Shown here in pieces: positions 56,049 through 64,000 of a DNA stretch of 64,000 nt; position 1 is the stretch's first letter, and the number at the start of each line of letters is the position of its first letter. The translations under genes and the position numbers were made by a program. The notes under the pieces were generated by a model. It did no database searches. It was not told the origin of the DNA and was given only the letters and a program-made list of their open reading frames with translations. Source of the DNA: Clostridia bacterium (GTDB taxonomy: Bacteria; Bacillota; Clostridia; Oscillospirales; CAG-272); contig JAFQEK010000126.1 of NCBI GenBank assembly GCA_017399025.1, positions 3,197 through 67,196 on the forward strand, written 5' to 3'.

Positions 56049-56722
56049 CGGGACTTTGGATTACACTCGGTATTTTTCTTTTCTTTGTCTTTCTTTTCAG
56101 CGTACCGTTTCACGTTACGGTCAGCTTACAGGAAAGTGTCAGCGTCATGGCAAGAGTCCTCTTTTTGAAGATTCCCATTTTCCCAAGGCCGAAATCCACG
56201 AAAAAGAAACCGAAAAATAAGAAACAAGCCGATCAGAAAACAAAAAAAGAAAAAAAACCCAAAAAGGATAAAAAACAAAAAAAAGAAAAGAATAAAAAAG
56301 AAGAAAACGGAGATGAACAAAAGAAAAAGCCAAAGAAAAAGATTGACATCGTTTTCTGGGTTCGTTTGCTTCTGGATGTTGTTACCGCACTCTTCAAAAA
56401 GCTCGGACGGAATTTCAAAATCAGAGTGCATGCATATGAGATCTGTGTAGCCTCCGAGGATGCCGCAAAAACGGCGGTTATGTATGGAACCGTACAAACT
56501 CTTTCTGAAACGCTGTTTTTGCGTTTGGAAAAAGCAATCAATTTCAAAATCGTAAAAAATGCGCCCTTTGGCGTATATGTGAATTTTCTGGAAGAAAAGT
56601 CGAAAGCCAACGTCAAAATCGATTTCAGCATCAGCCTCGGCGGTATATTCGGCATCGTCTTCGGCGTAATATTCGCTTTCATCCGATCATTCGTAACATT
56701 ATCAATAAAAAAGAACGGCTAA
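56045..56722 (+). CDS. YtfI-like (DUF2953-type) sporulation membrane protein with a Lys-rich insert.
   Basis: The ORF is 225 aa with an N-terminal TM. It forms an ATGA overlap with the scpB stop and sits directly upstream of a YtfJ/GerW homolog, as in the Bacillus ytfI-ytfJ pair. The family call rests mainly on context. Confidence 0.5.
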   Translation: MTGLWITLGIFLFFVFLFSVPFHVTVSLQESVSVMARVLFLKIPIFPRPKSTKKKPKNKKQADQKTKKEKKPKKDKKQKKEKNKKEENGDEQKKKPKKKIDIVFWVRLLLDVVTALFKKLGRNFKIRVHAYEICVASEDAAKTAVMYGTVQTLSETLFLRLEKAINFKIVKNAPFGVYVNFLEEKSKANVKIDFSISLGGIFGIVFGVIFAFIRSFVTLSIKKNG

Positions 56723-56741
56723 AGCCGGAAAGGAATACATT

Positions 56742-57251
56742 ATGGATAACCAAAAAAACACACAGAAAAACAAATTGAACGAACTTGTTGACACAGCGCT
56801 TGACAACCTTCGCGGTCTTGTCGATGCCAATACCGTAATCGGCACACCGATCGTAACCGCTTCGGGAACAACTGTTATTCCCGTTTCCAAGGTTTCCATC
56901 GGTATCGCAGGCGGCGGTAACGATTATTCTCAGAAAGGGGAAACCGCAAGCGGTAAAGCCAGCTTCAGCGGCGGCGGCGGCACCGGACTTACCATGATCC
57001 CTCTCGGATTTCTCGTAGTTTCTCCCGATGGCTCTGTTGAACTTCTGAATATCTCAAATCCGACGGGCAAAAAAGGTGCAGAAGCGGCAAAACCCGCTCC
57101 CGATCTCGGTTCTGCAATCGAAACCGTGCTGGACAAAGCACCCGAAGCCATCAGCAAAATCAAAGATGTTTTCACCAAAAAGAAAAAGGATGAACCCGCT
57201 CCCGATGAAATGGAAATCGTTACCGACGATGCTGCGGGCGAACAGAAATAA
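56742..57251 (+). CDS. ytfJ: GerW/YtfJ-family sporulation protein.
   Basis: NLRGLVDANTVIGTPIVTASGTTVIPVSKVSIGIAGGG matches the conserved YtfJ core. Confidence 0.8.
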   Translation: MDNQKNTQKNKLNELVDTALDNLRGLVDANTVIGTPIVTASGTTVIPVSKVSIGIAGGGNDYSQKGETASGKASFSGGGGTGLTMIPLGFLVVSPDGSVELLNISNPTGKKGAEAAKPAPDLGSAIETVLDKAPEAISKIKDVFTKKKKDEPAPDEMEIVTDDAAGEQK

Positions 57252-57271
57252 ACTTCTTCATTCGGCATAGC

Positions 57272-57324
57272 ATTCCTGCCTTGTTCATATATATGCATCG
57301 ATTATATATGATAAAGGCAGGAAT
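57272..57324 (+). promoter_or_regulatory. Long two-tier hairpin whose 3' arm contains the RBS of the downstream carboxypeptidase gene.
   Basis: ATTCCTGCCTT (57272-57282) pairs perfectly with AAGGCAGGAAT (57314-57324). An inner stem joins CATATATA (57286-57293) and TATATATG (57303-57310). The ATG is at 57330. Confidence 0.5.
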
Positions 57325-57329
57325 TTCAA

Positions 57330-58463
57330 ATGAAAAAAATAACGGTTTTATTGACAGCAGTCTTTCTCTTTCTATCTCTTTTTTTCATAAGAGTATCGGC
57401 TTCTCCCGAAATCTCCGCCAAAAGCGCGGTTGTCATTGATGCGGAAAGCGGAAAAATTTTATACGAAAAAGATGCGCACACAAGAAGAGGCATGGCAAGC
57501 ACAACAAAAATCATGACTGCTTTGGTTGCACTGGAAAACAGTTCTTTGGATCGTATCGTAACTGTAGACCCGCGTGCCTGCGGTGTGGAAGGTTCCTCTG
57601 TCTATCTTTTTAAAAACGAAAAGATCACCATGGAATCGCTCCTGTATGCGCTCATGCTCCAAAGCGCAAACGATGCTGCAGAAGCGATCGCCTATGCGGT
57701 CAGCGGAAGCATGGAAGCTTTCGTTGCGCTGATGAATCAAAAAGCGGACGAAATGGGACTTACTGCCACACATTTTGACAATCCTCACGGATTGGACGGA
57801 GAAACACATTATACAACCGCTTATGAATTGGCGCTCATCTCAGCAAAAGCTTTGGAAAACGATATTTTTGCCGAAATCGTTTCCACAGTTAAAAAATCAA
57901 TCCCTCTGCATAACGGAGAAGCAACCAGACTGCTGATCAATCACAACCGTCTTTTGCTTGAATATGACGATATCATTGGCGTGAAAACCGGATATACGAA
58001 AAAATGCGGAAGAACGCTCGTTTCGGCAGCACAGAAAGACGGAAACCGTTTGATTTGTGTTACACTCGATGACGGAAACGACTGGGCTGATCACAGAGCT
58101 CTTTTGGATTTCGGATTTTCACTTTATGAAGACACCGTTCTCTCCTATGCAGGCGATCTTTCTTATACCGTTCCGGTTTGCGGAGGAGAGTCTTCTTCCG
58201 TTTGTGTCCAAAATCGGGAATCCTTATCGGCAGTTTTGCCGAACAATCATGGAGAAATCCGAACTATAACGGAATTACCCAGGTTTTTGTATGCGGGAGT
58301 CAAAAAAGGCGATGTCATCGGAAAAACTATCTTTTATGCGGATGGTGTAAAAATCGGAGAGGTTTTGCTTTATGCGCAAGACTCTGTGCCGATTCAACGG
58401 AAAGAAAAAAATTTTTGGAAAATTATTTTTCCGTTTTTATATGAACGGAAAAGGGAAACCTAA
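57330..58463 (+). CDS. D-alanyl-D-alanine carboxypeptidase (S11, DacB/DacF-like).
   Basis: A signal peptide is present, along with the ASTTKIMT (SxxK), SAND (SxN) and KTGYT motifs. The ORF is 377 aa. Confidence 0.88.
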   Translation: MKKITVLLTAVFLFLSLFFIRVSASPEISAKSAVVIDAESGKILYEKDAHTRRGMASTTKIMTALVALENSSLDRIVTVDPRACGVEGSSVYLFKNEKITMESLLYALMLQSANDAAEAIAYAVSGSMEAFVALMNQKADEMGLTATHFDNPHGLDGETHYTTAYELALISAKALENDIFAEIVSTVKKSIPLHNGEATRLLINHNRLLLEYDDIIGVKTGYTKKCGRTLVSAAQKDGNRLICVTLDDGNDWADHRALLDFGFSLYEDTVLSYAGDLSYTVPVCGGESSSVCVQNRESLSAVLPNNHGEIRTITELPRFLYAGVKKGDVIGKTIFYADGVKIGEVLLYAQDSVPIQRKEKNFWKIIFPFLYERKRET

Positions 58464-58483
58464 GAAAGTAAAGGAATATTTGA

Positions 58484-59194
58484 ATGGAAGAAATGCGTCT
58501 TCAAAAATTTCTGTCCGAGCAAGGCATTTTATCCAGACGCGCGGCGGAAGAAGAAATTAAAAGAGGAAAAGTAAAGGTCAACGGTGTTCCGGCAGAACTC
58601 GGCACCAAAATCTGCCCCGAAACAGATATCGTGGAATACAAAGGGAACCGCGTGGGCGGTGCTGTCAGAAAGGTTTATATCATGCTCAACAAACCCGTCG
58701 GCTACGTAACAACCATGAGCGATGAAAAAGGCCGTCCCTGCGTTGCCGAACTTGTGGAAAATGTCGGTATGCGTGTATATCCCATCGGCAGATTGGACTT
58801 GGAATCCGAAGGTCTTTTGCTCTTTACCAATGACGGAGAGCTTGCAAACCGTCTTATGCATCCGAAATACCATAAACCTAAAATATACCATGTAAAAATC
58901 CGAGGAGAGGTGGAAGCGGAAAAAATTGAAATACTCGGAAAACCTATGGTCATTGACGGCTACCGCACAAAACCCGTCGGAATTTCCGTCATTACGCGCA
59001 AACAGGATTATACCGTGCTTGCAATGGAGCTTTTTGAAGGCAGAAACCGACAGATACGAAAAATGTGCGAACAACTTTCTTTGCACATTCTGACACTGAA
59101 ACGCATTTCCATCGGAGATGTCAAATTGGGAAATCTTGCTTTGGGAGAATGGCGCCATCTCACAAAAGCGCAAGTGGAATCCTTAAAAAAATAA
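58484..59194 (+). CDS. rluB: RsuA/RluB-family pseudouridine synthase.
   Basis: An S4 domain at the N-terminus (RLQKFLSEQGILSRR) is followed by GRLDLESEGLLLFTNDG, the catalytic Asp motif. Confidence 0.88.
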   Translation: MEEMRLQKFLSEQGILSRRAAEEEIKRGKVKVNGVPAELGTKICPETDIVEYKGNRVGGAVRKVYIMLNKPVGYVTTMSDEKGRPCVAELVENVGMRVYPIGRLDLESEGLLLFTNDGELANRLMHPKYHKPKIYHVKIRGEVEAEKIEILGKPMVIDGYRTKPVGISVITRKQDYTVLAMELFEGRNRQIRKMCEQLSLHILTLKRISIGDVKLGNLALGEWRHLTKAQVESLKK

Positions 59195-59215
59195 AGGGAA
59201 CGAGGAAAAACAATC

Positions 59216-59605
59216 ATGTTGGAAATCAAACCGATTCAAGATAAAAACGAGCAAAAACTGCTGTGCGACCTTTGTAAAACGGTTTACCGCCCGTCAGCAT
59301 TGGCTTATTCCGCTTATGATAACGGAGACCCCGTAGGCATCTGCCAATTCCGTATCAAAAATGACAACGGCTATCTTTATGATCTTTGCAATACAGATGG
59401 AACCGATGATTTGGAAGCTTTGATCATCATGGGCCGCGCAACCTTGAATTTCATTGATCTTTGCGGCGTACATACAGCTTACTTCGAGGGAGATAAAACA
59501 CGTGCGGCAATCGCTGTCGGCTTCCGTGAAAAGGATGGCGCACTCTTTGCTGATCTTACAGGAATGTTTGAAAGTCCTTGTAAAAAACATAAAGAATGCG
59601 AATGA
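59216..59605 (+). CDS. Hypothetical small protein (possibly a GNAT-like fold).
   Basis: The ORF is 129 aa. I recognise no clear motif. It is tightly spaced after rluB. Confidence 0.45.
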   Translation: MLEIKPIQDKNEQKLLCDLCKTVYRPSALAYSAYDNGDPVGICQFRIKNDNGYLYDLCNTDGTDDLEALIIMGRATLNFIDLCGVHTAYFEGDKTRAAIAVGFREKDGALFADLTGMFESPCKKHKECE

Positions 59606-59747
59606 TTTTAAAAATCTCTGCAAAAACAGTTTACAAACACAAATATATTTGATATAATAGAAGCGGATATTTCTCGTAAAATACAGTCAAACAAAAGCAT
59701 TCCCGACGGAATGTTTTGATGATACAGCAGAAATCGGAGGACAAACA

Positions 59748-60851
59748 TTGATTATTCAATTGGAAGAAGCCAAAAGAACGCTTCAAGGAATGAAAGGCGA
59801 TATCGCTGAGCTCGGAAACGCTCTGCGAATCGAAAAAATCAGCGAAGAAGCTGAAGAATTGGAACAAAAAACACTGGTTCCGAATTTTTGGGACGATGCG
59901 GCAAATTCAAGTAAAATTTTAAGAGAACTCAAACAGATCAAAGATACCATCGAAGAATATGAAAATCTGAAGACCGCATTGGATGATGCCATCATGCTGG
60001 CGGATATGGGCATCGAAGAAAATGACGAAAGCGTTGTTGAAGAAGTTCTCGCTGAGCTTGACAGAATCACAGAAATCGAAGAACGTATGCGTCTGGAAAC
60101 CTTGCTTTCCGGTGAATACGACTCTTGCAACGCAATCGTATCTTTCCACCCCGGCGCAGGCGGTACGGAAGCGCAGGACTGGGCTTCCATGCTTTACCGT
60201 ATGTATACCCGTTGGGCAGAAAACCACGGCTTTACCGTAAAACTTCTGGAATGGCTTGACGGTGATGAAGCAGGATTGAAGAGCGCAACCTTCATTGTGG
60301 AAGGTACACACGCATACGGCTTTTTGAAGAGTGAGCACGGCGTTCACCGTCTGGTTCGCGTATCTCCTTTTGATGCTTCCGGCAGAAGACAAACATCCTT
60401 TGCTTCCGTGGAAGTTACACCCGAATTGGACGACAGCGTAGATATCGAAATCCGTGAAGAAGATATCGAAGTTACTGCACACCGTTCCAGCGGCGCGGGC
60501 GGCCAGCACATCAATAAAACGGACTCCGCGATCCGTATCGTACACAAACCCACCGGTATTGTTGTCGGCTGTCAGACGGAACGCAGCCAGCTTCAGAATA
60601 AAGAAACCGCGTTGCGTATGCTGAAAAGCAAACTTGCGGAAATCAAAGAAAGAGAAAATCTCGACCGCATCGAAGATATCCGCGGTGAAAAAACCCGTAT
60701 CGAATGGGGTTCGCAAATCCGTTCTTATGTATTTATGCCTTATACCTTGGCAAAGGATACCCGTACGGGTTATGAGGATGGTAACATCGATGCCGTTATG
60801 GACGGCGAAATCGACGGCTTTATCAACGCTTATCTGAAAAGCAAAGCGTAA
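59748..60851 (+). CDS. prfB: Peptide chain release factor 2, encoded in one frame (no programmed frameshift).
   Basis: SPF (SPFDASGRRQTSF) and GGQ (SGAGGQHINK) motifs are present. The start is TTG 59748, with GGAGG 7 nt upstream. The region equivalent to the usual CTT TGA C shift site reads GCT CTG CGA ATC in frame. Confidence 0.92.
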   Translation: MIIQLEEAKRTLQGMKGDIAELGNALRIEKISEEAEELEQKTLVPNFWDDAANSSKILRELKQIKDTIEEYENLKTALDDAIMLADMGIEENDESVVEEVLAELDRITEIEERMRLETLLSGEYDSCNAIVSFHPGAGGTEAQDWASMLYRMYTRWAENHGFTVKLLEWLDGDEAGLKSATFIVEGTHAYGFLKSEHGVHRLVRVSPFDASGRRQTSFASVEVTPELDDSVDIEIREEDIEVTAHRSSGAGGQHINKTDSAIRIVHKPTGIVVGCQTERSQLQNKETALRMLKSKLAEIKERENLDRIEDIRGEKTRIEWGSQIRSYVFMPYTLAKDTRTGYEDGNIDAVMDGEIDGFINAYLKSKA

Positions 60852-60942
60852 ATGAATCCATCCCGTTTATAAATCAAAAAATAATGTCCCGGCCCTTTCG
60901 GCTTCGGCATTATAAAAATAATATGGAAAGGGGATTTTTATC

Positions 60943-61248
60943 ATGTTCAAGAAAACCAAACTCTTTGTAGGCGTTTCTCTTTGCGTTCAGGCTGTAAGTG
61001 CAGTCTTCATGTTCTTCATCCTCCTCAGCAAGAAAAAGAGCCTTGCAGGCGCATTTATGGCTCTTGCTGCTGTTTGCGGTGTTGCAGGCGCTTATCTCCT
61101 CTACGATTGCAAAAAAGATGAAGAGCTTTCCTTCGGCTGTCTGGATTGCGACGAAGATTACGACTGCTGCGACTGCGATTGCTGCGGCGATGACCTCGAT
61201 CTCGACGGTGATATCTTCGGCAACGAAGACACAACAGCAGAAGCTTAA
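60943..61248 (+). CDS. Small membrane protein with a Cys/Asp-rich C-terminal tail.
   Basis: The ORF is 101 aa with two predicted TM helices. The tail reads FGCLDCDEDYDCCDCDCCGDDLDLDGDIFGNED. The RBS is GAAAGGGGA, and a terminator follows at 61271-61312. Confidence 0.6.
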   Translation: MFKKTKLFVGVSLCVQAVSAVFMFFILLSKKKSLAGAFMALAAVCGVAGAYLLYDCKKDEELSFGCLDCDEDYDCCDCDCCGDDLDLDGDIFGNEDTTAEA

Positions 61249-61270
61249 TTTTATCAAAAACCAGTAAAGC

Positions 61271-61312
61271 AAAAAAATCCATCGCAGATAAAAACCTGTG
61301 ATGGATTTTTTT
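61271..61312. terminator. Bidirectional intrinsic terminator between convergent genes.
   Basis: AAAAAATCCATC (61272-61283) pairs with GATGGATTTTTT (61300-61311). A-tracts and T-tracts lie on both sides. Confidence 0.75.
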
Positions 61313-61325
61313 GCTGTTTTATATC

Positions 61326-62543
61326 TTATTTTGTATAAATCTTAACAACTTTCGAGAATGACCAACCGGATATCAGCTGAAACACCGCCGCTGCCGCGAG
61401 CAGATACGGAATGGGTATGATTGCGGCAAGCGATGTGGCAATCAACGTACCCGCATTCTGCAAAACCATACGCCAGGCATGATACGGACCCGCAATCTCA
61501 ACAGGAACAACTTTAAGTAACATAGCGGGGATCGAATAATCGATCAGTGTTCTTCCTATCATGATCACAATATACATAATCAGAAAAAGCATACCGTTTC
61601 TAATTAACAGCAAAGGAATCAAACCGATAAATAAACTGCCTGCGATCACAATTTTGCGTCCGCATATCCGCTTCGAGACTATAGCAAAAAATGCACAAGC
61701 AGAAAGTGATGCAATGGACTGCGCATAGACCATCGAGGCAGTCAATGTCTCGGTATGTCCCAAATCAAGTGCAACGGTAGCAAGAACGCTTATGACACCC
61801 GCTGCGAAACCGCGCATAAGATTTGCATGGATCAGGAGAGTAAACAGAGGGGTTTTCATAAGTCTTACTTCGGACTTTTCTGTTGTCTTAACAGATTCTT
61901 CGGACTTCTCCTCTTCCCTCAGACTTTTCTCTAAATAGATTGCTGCAAATGCAATCAACATCAAAACAGCGGAAATCACGAATGCAAACTTCATAATCAC
62001 AGTAAAAGCAAATCTTGACGTAAGAAAAGTGATGAAAAATCCGAGCAAAAGGGAAAAGACAGAGGAAATGATACCGCATATCGAAAGCATCATACCGTAT
62101 TCATCTGCCTTATATATGTAATAAGGTGTCTTATACTCGCATACAGTGAAAAATCCATAAGAAATCTGTTGCAGGACACCAATCGAAATCAGCAATATAT
62201 AAGATAACGTCGTTGCGTTATTTGCAATTGCAATCGGAACATAACAAAGAAACAGCAACCCTATCGGTATTGTCGTAAATGCCGATTTCTTGATCGGAGA
62301 GCCGTTATTTGCCCAATTGGAAGCAAGAATGATGGTGAGTACATTTGCTGTTTGTAGAAGCGTGGAATGAAAGTAAATCAATGAACTTTCAAAACCGAGC
62401 GAAGCCAGAAAAGTTTGCATTAATGTGCCCGAGGCACACATCAAAGCAACTGTCCTCGCCGTATATGCAATAATTGCTTTGATCTTATTTTTTGTTACGT
62501 GGCTGAATTTTTCTTTTTTTATCAGCGTTTTTGTCTCTCTCAT
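61326..62543 (-). CDS. MFS-type transporter.
   Basis: The ORF is 405 aa. About 12 hydrophobic segments fall in two halves separated by a charged loop (SLREEEKSEESVKTTEKSEVR). The substrate is not inferable. Confidence 0.6.
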   Translation of the reverse strand: MRETKTLIKKEKFSHVTKNKIKAIIAYTARTVALMCASGTLMQTFLASLGFESSLIYFHSTLLQTANVLTIILASNWANNGSPIKKSAFTTIPIGLLFLCYVPIAIANNATTLSYILLISIGVLQQISYGFFTVCEYKTPYYIYKADEYGMMLSICGIISSVFSLLLGFFITFLTSRFAFTVIMKFAFVISAVLMLIAFAAIYLEKSLREEEKSEESVKTTEKSEVRLMKTPLFTLLIHANLMRGFAAGVISVLATVALDLGHTETLTASMVYAQSIASLSACAFFAIVSKRICGRKIVIAGSLFIGLIPLLLIRNGMLFLIMYIVIMIGRTLIDYSIPAMLLKVVPVEIAGPYHAWRMVLQNAGTLIATSLAAIIPIPYLLAAAAVFQLISGWSFSKVVKIYTK

Positions 62544-63713
62544 ATCGAGATCTCCTTTTTACATTATATCTTTATAATATTATACAAAAAATCGCGCCGT
62601 ATTTACTCTTTTCAAAGCCTTTTTGATGATTTTCATACCTCTTAAAAATATACTTTGGTGCATAACCTTACCCACTATTCACAGATACTATACGCTGGCT
62701 ATACAATCAACAAATTCGGAGATTTGGATACTTTTATGTTAACTCTGATATTTCCATTTGTCAAGTGTATTTCCCGAAAAGATTTTTTATTTGTCTGAAA
62801 ATAAAACTTAGTAGAACCGTTGGCATGTTAGACCAAAGTCGTGTTCATTCTATTTTTGATTCCGATGCACCTTCTTGAAAAAATGCTTACGGAAGAACAG
62901 AAAAAGCGCTTGAAAAGTTCGAAGATGAGTAAATCAGTCTCGCGGTGCATCAGACACCATGGGATTGATCTTTGACAGTGTGATCAGATAGATCTACTGC
63001 CCGTTTACGGAAGTGATTATCGTTTTGAAATGGCATAAAATTGAAAAATAGAGATGGTAAGCAAAGCTGTATGCCATCCCCAAAGTATCGAAAAAGTCCG
63101 AAAGCTTGTGCTTTCGATCTTGAGTCTAAGTGCCTGGACTTGAACTATCGGCCTCTACCACCCCAAGCAAAGGGGTATGGTTTTTTGCGTGATATAGCGT
63201 CCAATACGTGCTTTTTTGTCCGAAAAAATTGATACAAAGTCCGCTGTGTGCTACTGTCTCCGGGTAGTCCGGTTCTGAAAGTGGTCAAACATGTGGTCAT
63301 AAAATCCGCTCCGTTGCGTGAGAAGAAAAACATTTGGAAACCACGGTGTTTCCTGCTTTTTGTCGTATTGTAACTCTTCCTTTGTAATTTGTCAAGTGGC
63401 TTAAGAATCAAAAATTGCACCGCAGTAGCCAAAGAAAACAGAGAGAGCCAAAGGACAAGCTAATACTATACAGATTTCGCAGAATATTGAAAACAAAGCA
63501 TTGTTTGATATTTTACTCGAAGGAAGAATTCGTATGAACATCATTTCCCAAGAGCGAGAGAAATTAGAGTTAACATTGCTGGCAATGAATGAGATAGAGG
63601 TTGACGAATCGGATCTCCGCGAGTAACCGGAAGCGGAGATTGCCACTACCAATAACTTTCGACATTGTCGACGCTTGAGTGTCGAAACATTCGATGGAAC
63701 ACCGTCGAAAGTG

Positions 63714-63742
63714 TTGACAAAACAATTGTTTTATGATATAAT
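63714..63742 (+). promoter_or_regulatory. Consensus sigma-A promoter with an extended -10, upstream of the AlbA_2-domain gene.
   Basis: The sequence is TTGACA (63714-63719), a 17-nt spacer ending in TGA, then TATAAT (63737-63742). GGAGG lies at 63766-63770 and the ATG at 63776. Confidence 0.7.
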
Positions 63743-63775
63743 GATGGTGTACTTAAATCAAACATGGAGGCAAAT

Positions 63776-64000
63776 ATGGCAATACCGGTAAATGTAGAAG
63801 AGCTGATTAACAAGAGAGTGGTGGAATCAACGCGTATAGAATTTAAGGGTGATTGGAATCCCAATCCAATCATTCACAGTATCTGCGCTTTTGCAAACGA
63901 TATTGATAATGTGGGTGGGGGCTATATTATCATAGGCGTTGAGGAAGTTGATGGAAGTCCGGTGTTTCCCATTAAGGGAATCAAGCAAAATGAAATTGAC
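63776..64000 (+). CDS. AlbA_2 (Schlafen/AAA_4-type putative DNA-binding) domain protein, 5' fragment running off the window.
   Basis: My own translation is MAIPVNVEELINKRVVESTRIEFKGDWNPNPIIHSICAFANDIDNVGGGYIIIGVEEVDGSPVFPIKGI. The ESxxxEFK...AFANxxGGxIxIGV pattern is the AlbA_2 signature. It is not in the ORF track because it is open at the window end. Confidence 0.75.
   Translation, partial: MAIPVNVEELINKRVVESTRIEFKGDWNPNPIIHSICAFANDIDNVGGGYIIIGVEEVDGSPVFPIKGIKQNEID

Noticed and set aside
56190-56345. A repetitive A-rich tract that could superficially look like a repeat array.
   Set aside because: It is in-frame lysine-codon low complexity inside the YtfI-like CDS. It has no repeat-spacer periodicity and is not a CRISPR array.
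59700-59830. The programmed +1 frameshift site expected in prfB.
   Set aside because: No CTT TGA C motif or short upstream ORF is present. The N-terminal region (…DIAELGNALRIEKISEEAEELEQ…) aligns across the usual shift position in a single frame from TTG 59748, which has a good GGAGG RBS. RF2 genes without the frameshift are known.
63131-63165. A tRNA-like sequence. The minus strand reads GGGGTGGTAGAGGCCGATAGTTCAAGTCCAGGCAC, with D-loop-like and T-loop-like words.
   Set aside because: I could not fold a cloverleaf. The stems flanking the TTCAAGT loop are not complementary, there is no anticodon arm and no acceptor pairing. At most this is a degraded fragment, and I mention it under the 62544-63775 finding.

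Overview
This 64-kb window looks like a chromosomal segment of a spore-forming Firmicute; the gene content and order are Clostridia-like, which is my inference. Most of it is conserved housekeeping sequence. It carries the spoIIAA-spoIIAB-sigF operon, cdd-deoB, an ABC-F ATPase, and cmk-plsC-ispH/rpsA. It also carries a compact dcw cluster (rsmH-ftsL-PBP-murE-murF-mraY-ftsW-murG-ftsQ-ftsZ). On the minus strand there is a miaA / yggS-sepF-divIVA-lspA-rluD block, followed by queA, ireB, lexA, lon-engB, scpAB, ytfIJ, a dacB-like gene, rluB and prfB.

The clearly non-housekeeping part is the left 9 kb. It holds one tightly coupled minus-strand operon driven by a near-consensus sigma-A promoter. The operon encodes a HAD phosphatase, a cupin, an SDR, a dehydroquinate-synthase-fold (sugar-phosphate-cyclase-like) protein with an unknown N-terminal extension, and a 1236-aa membrane-anchored NACHT NTPase with about 13 WD40 blades. 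It ends with a second DHQS-fold paralog that runs off the window edge and is missing from the ORF track. I do not know a described system that combines a STAND/NACHT switch with a cyclitol-type enzyme set, so this is my top candidate for something new.

Other signals are:
- a roughly 114-nt intergenic element present in three full copies and one to two partial copies;
- a hairpin-rich element downstream of sigF;
- a cluster of DnaA-box-like 9-mers upstream of rsmH, where mraZ is absent;
- Spo0A-box-like heptamers abutting a perfect consensus promoter in front of a truncated AlbA_2-domain gene at the right edge;
- a 1.2-kb gene-free, apparently decayed stretch before that gene.

I found no rRNA genes, convincing tRNA genes, CRISPR arrays or intact transposases.
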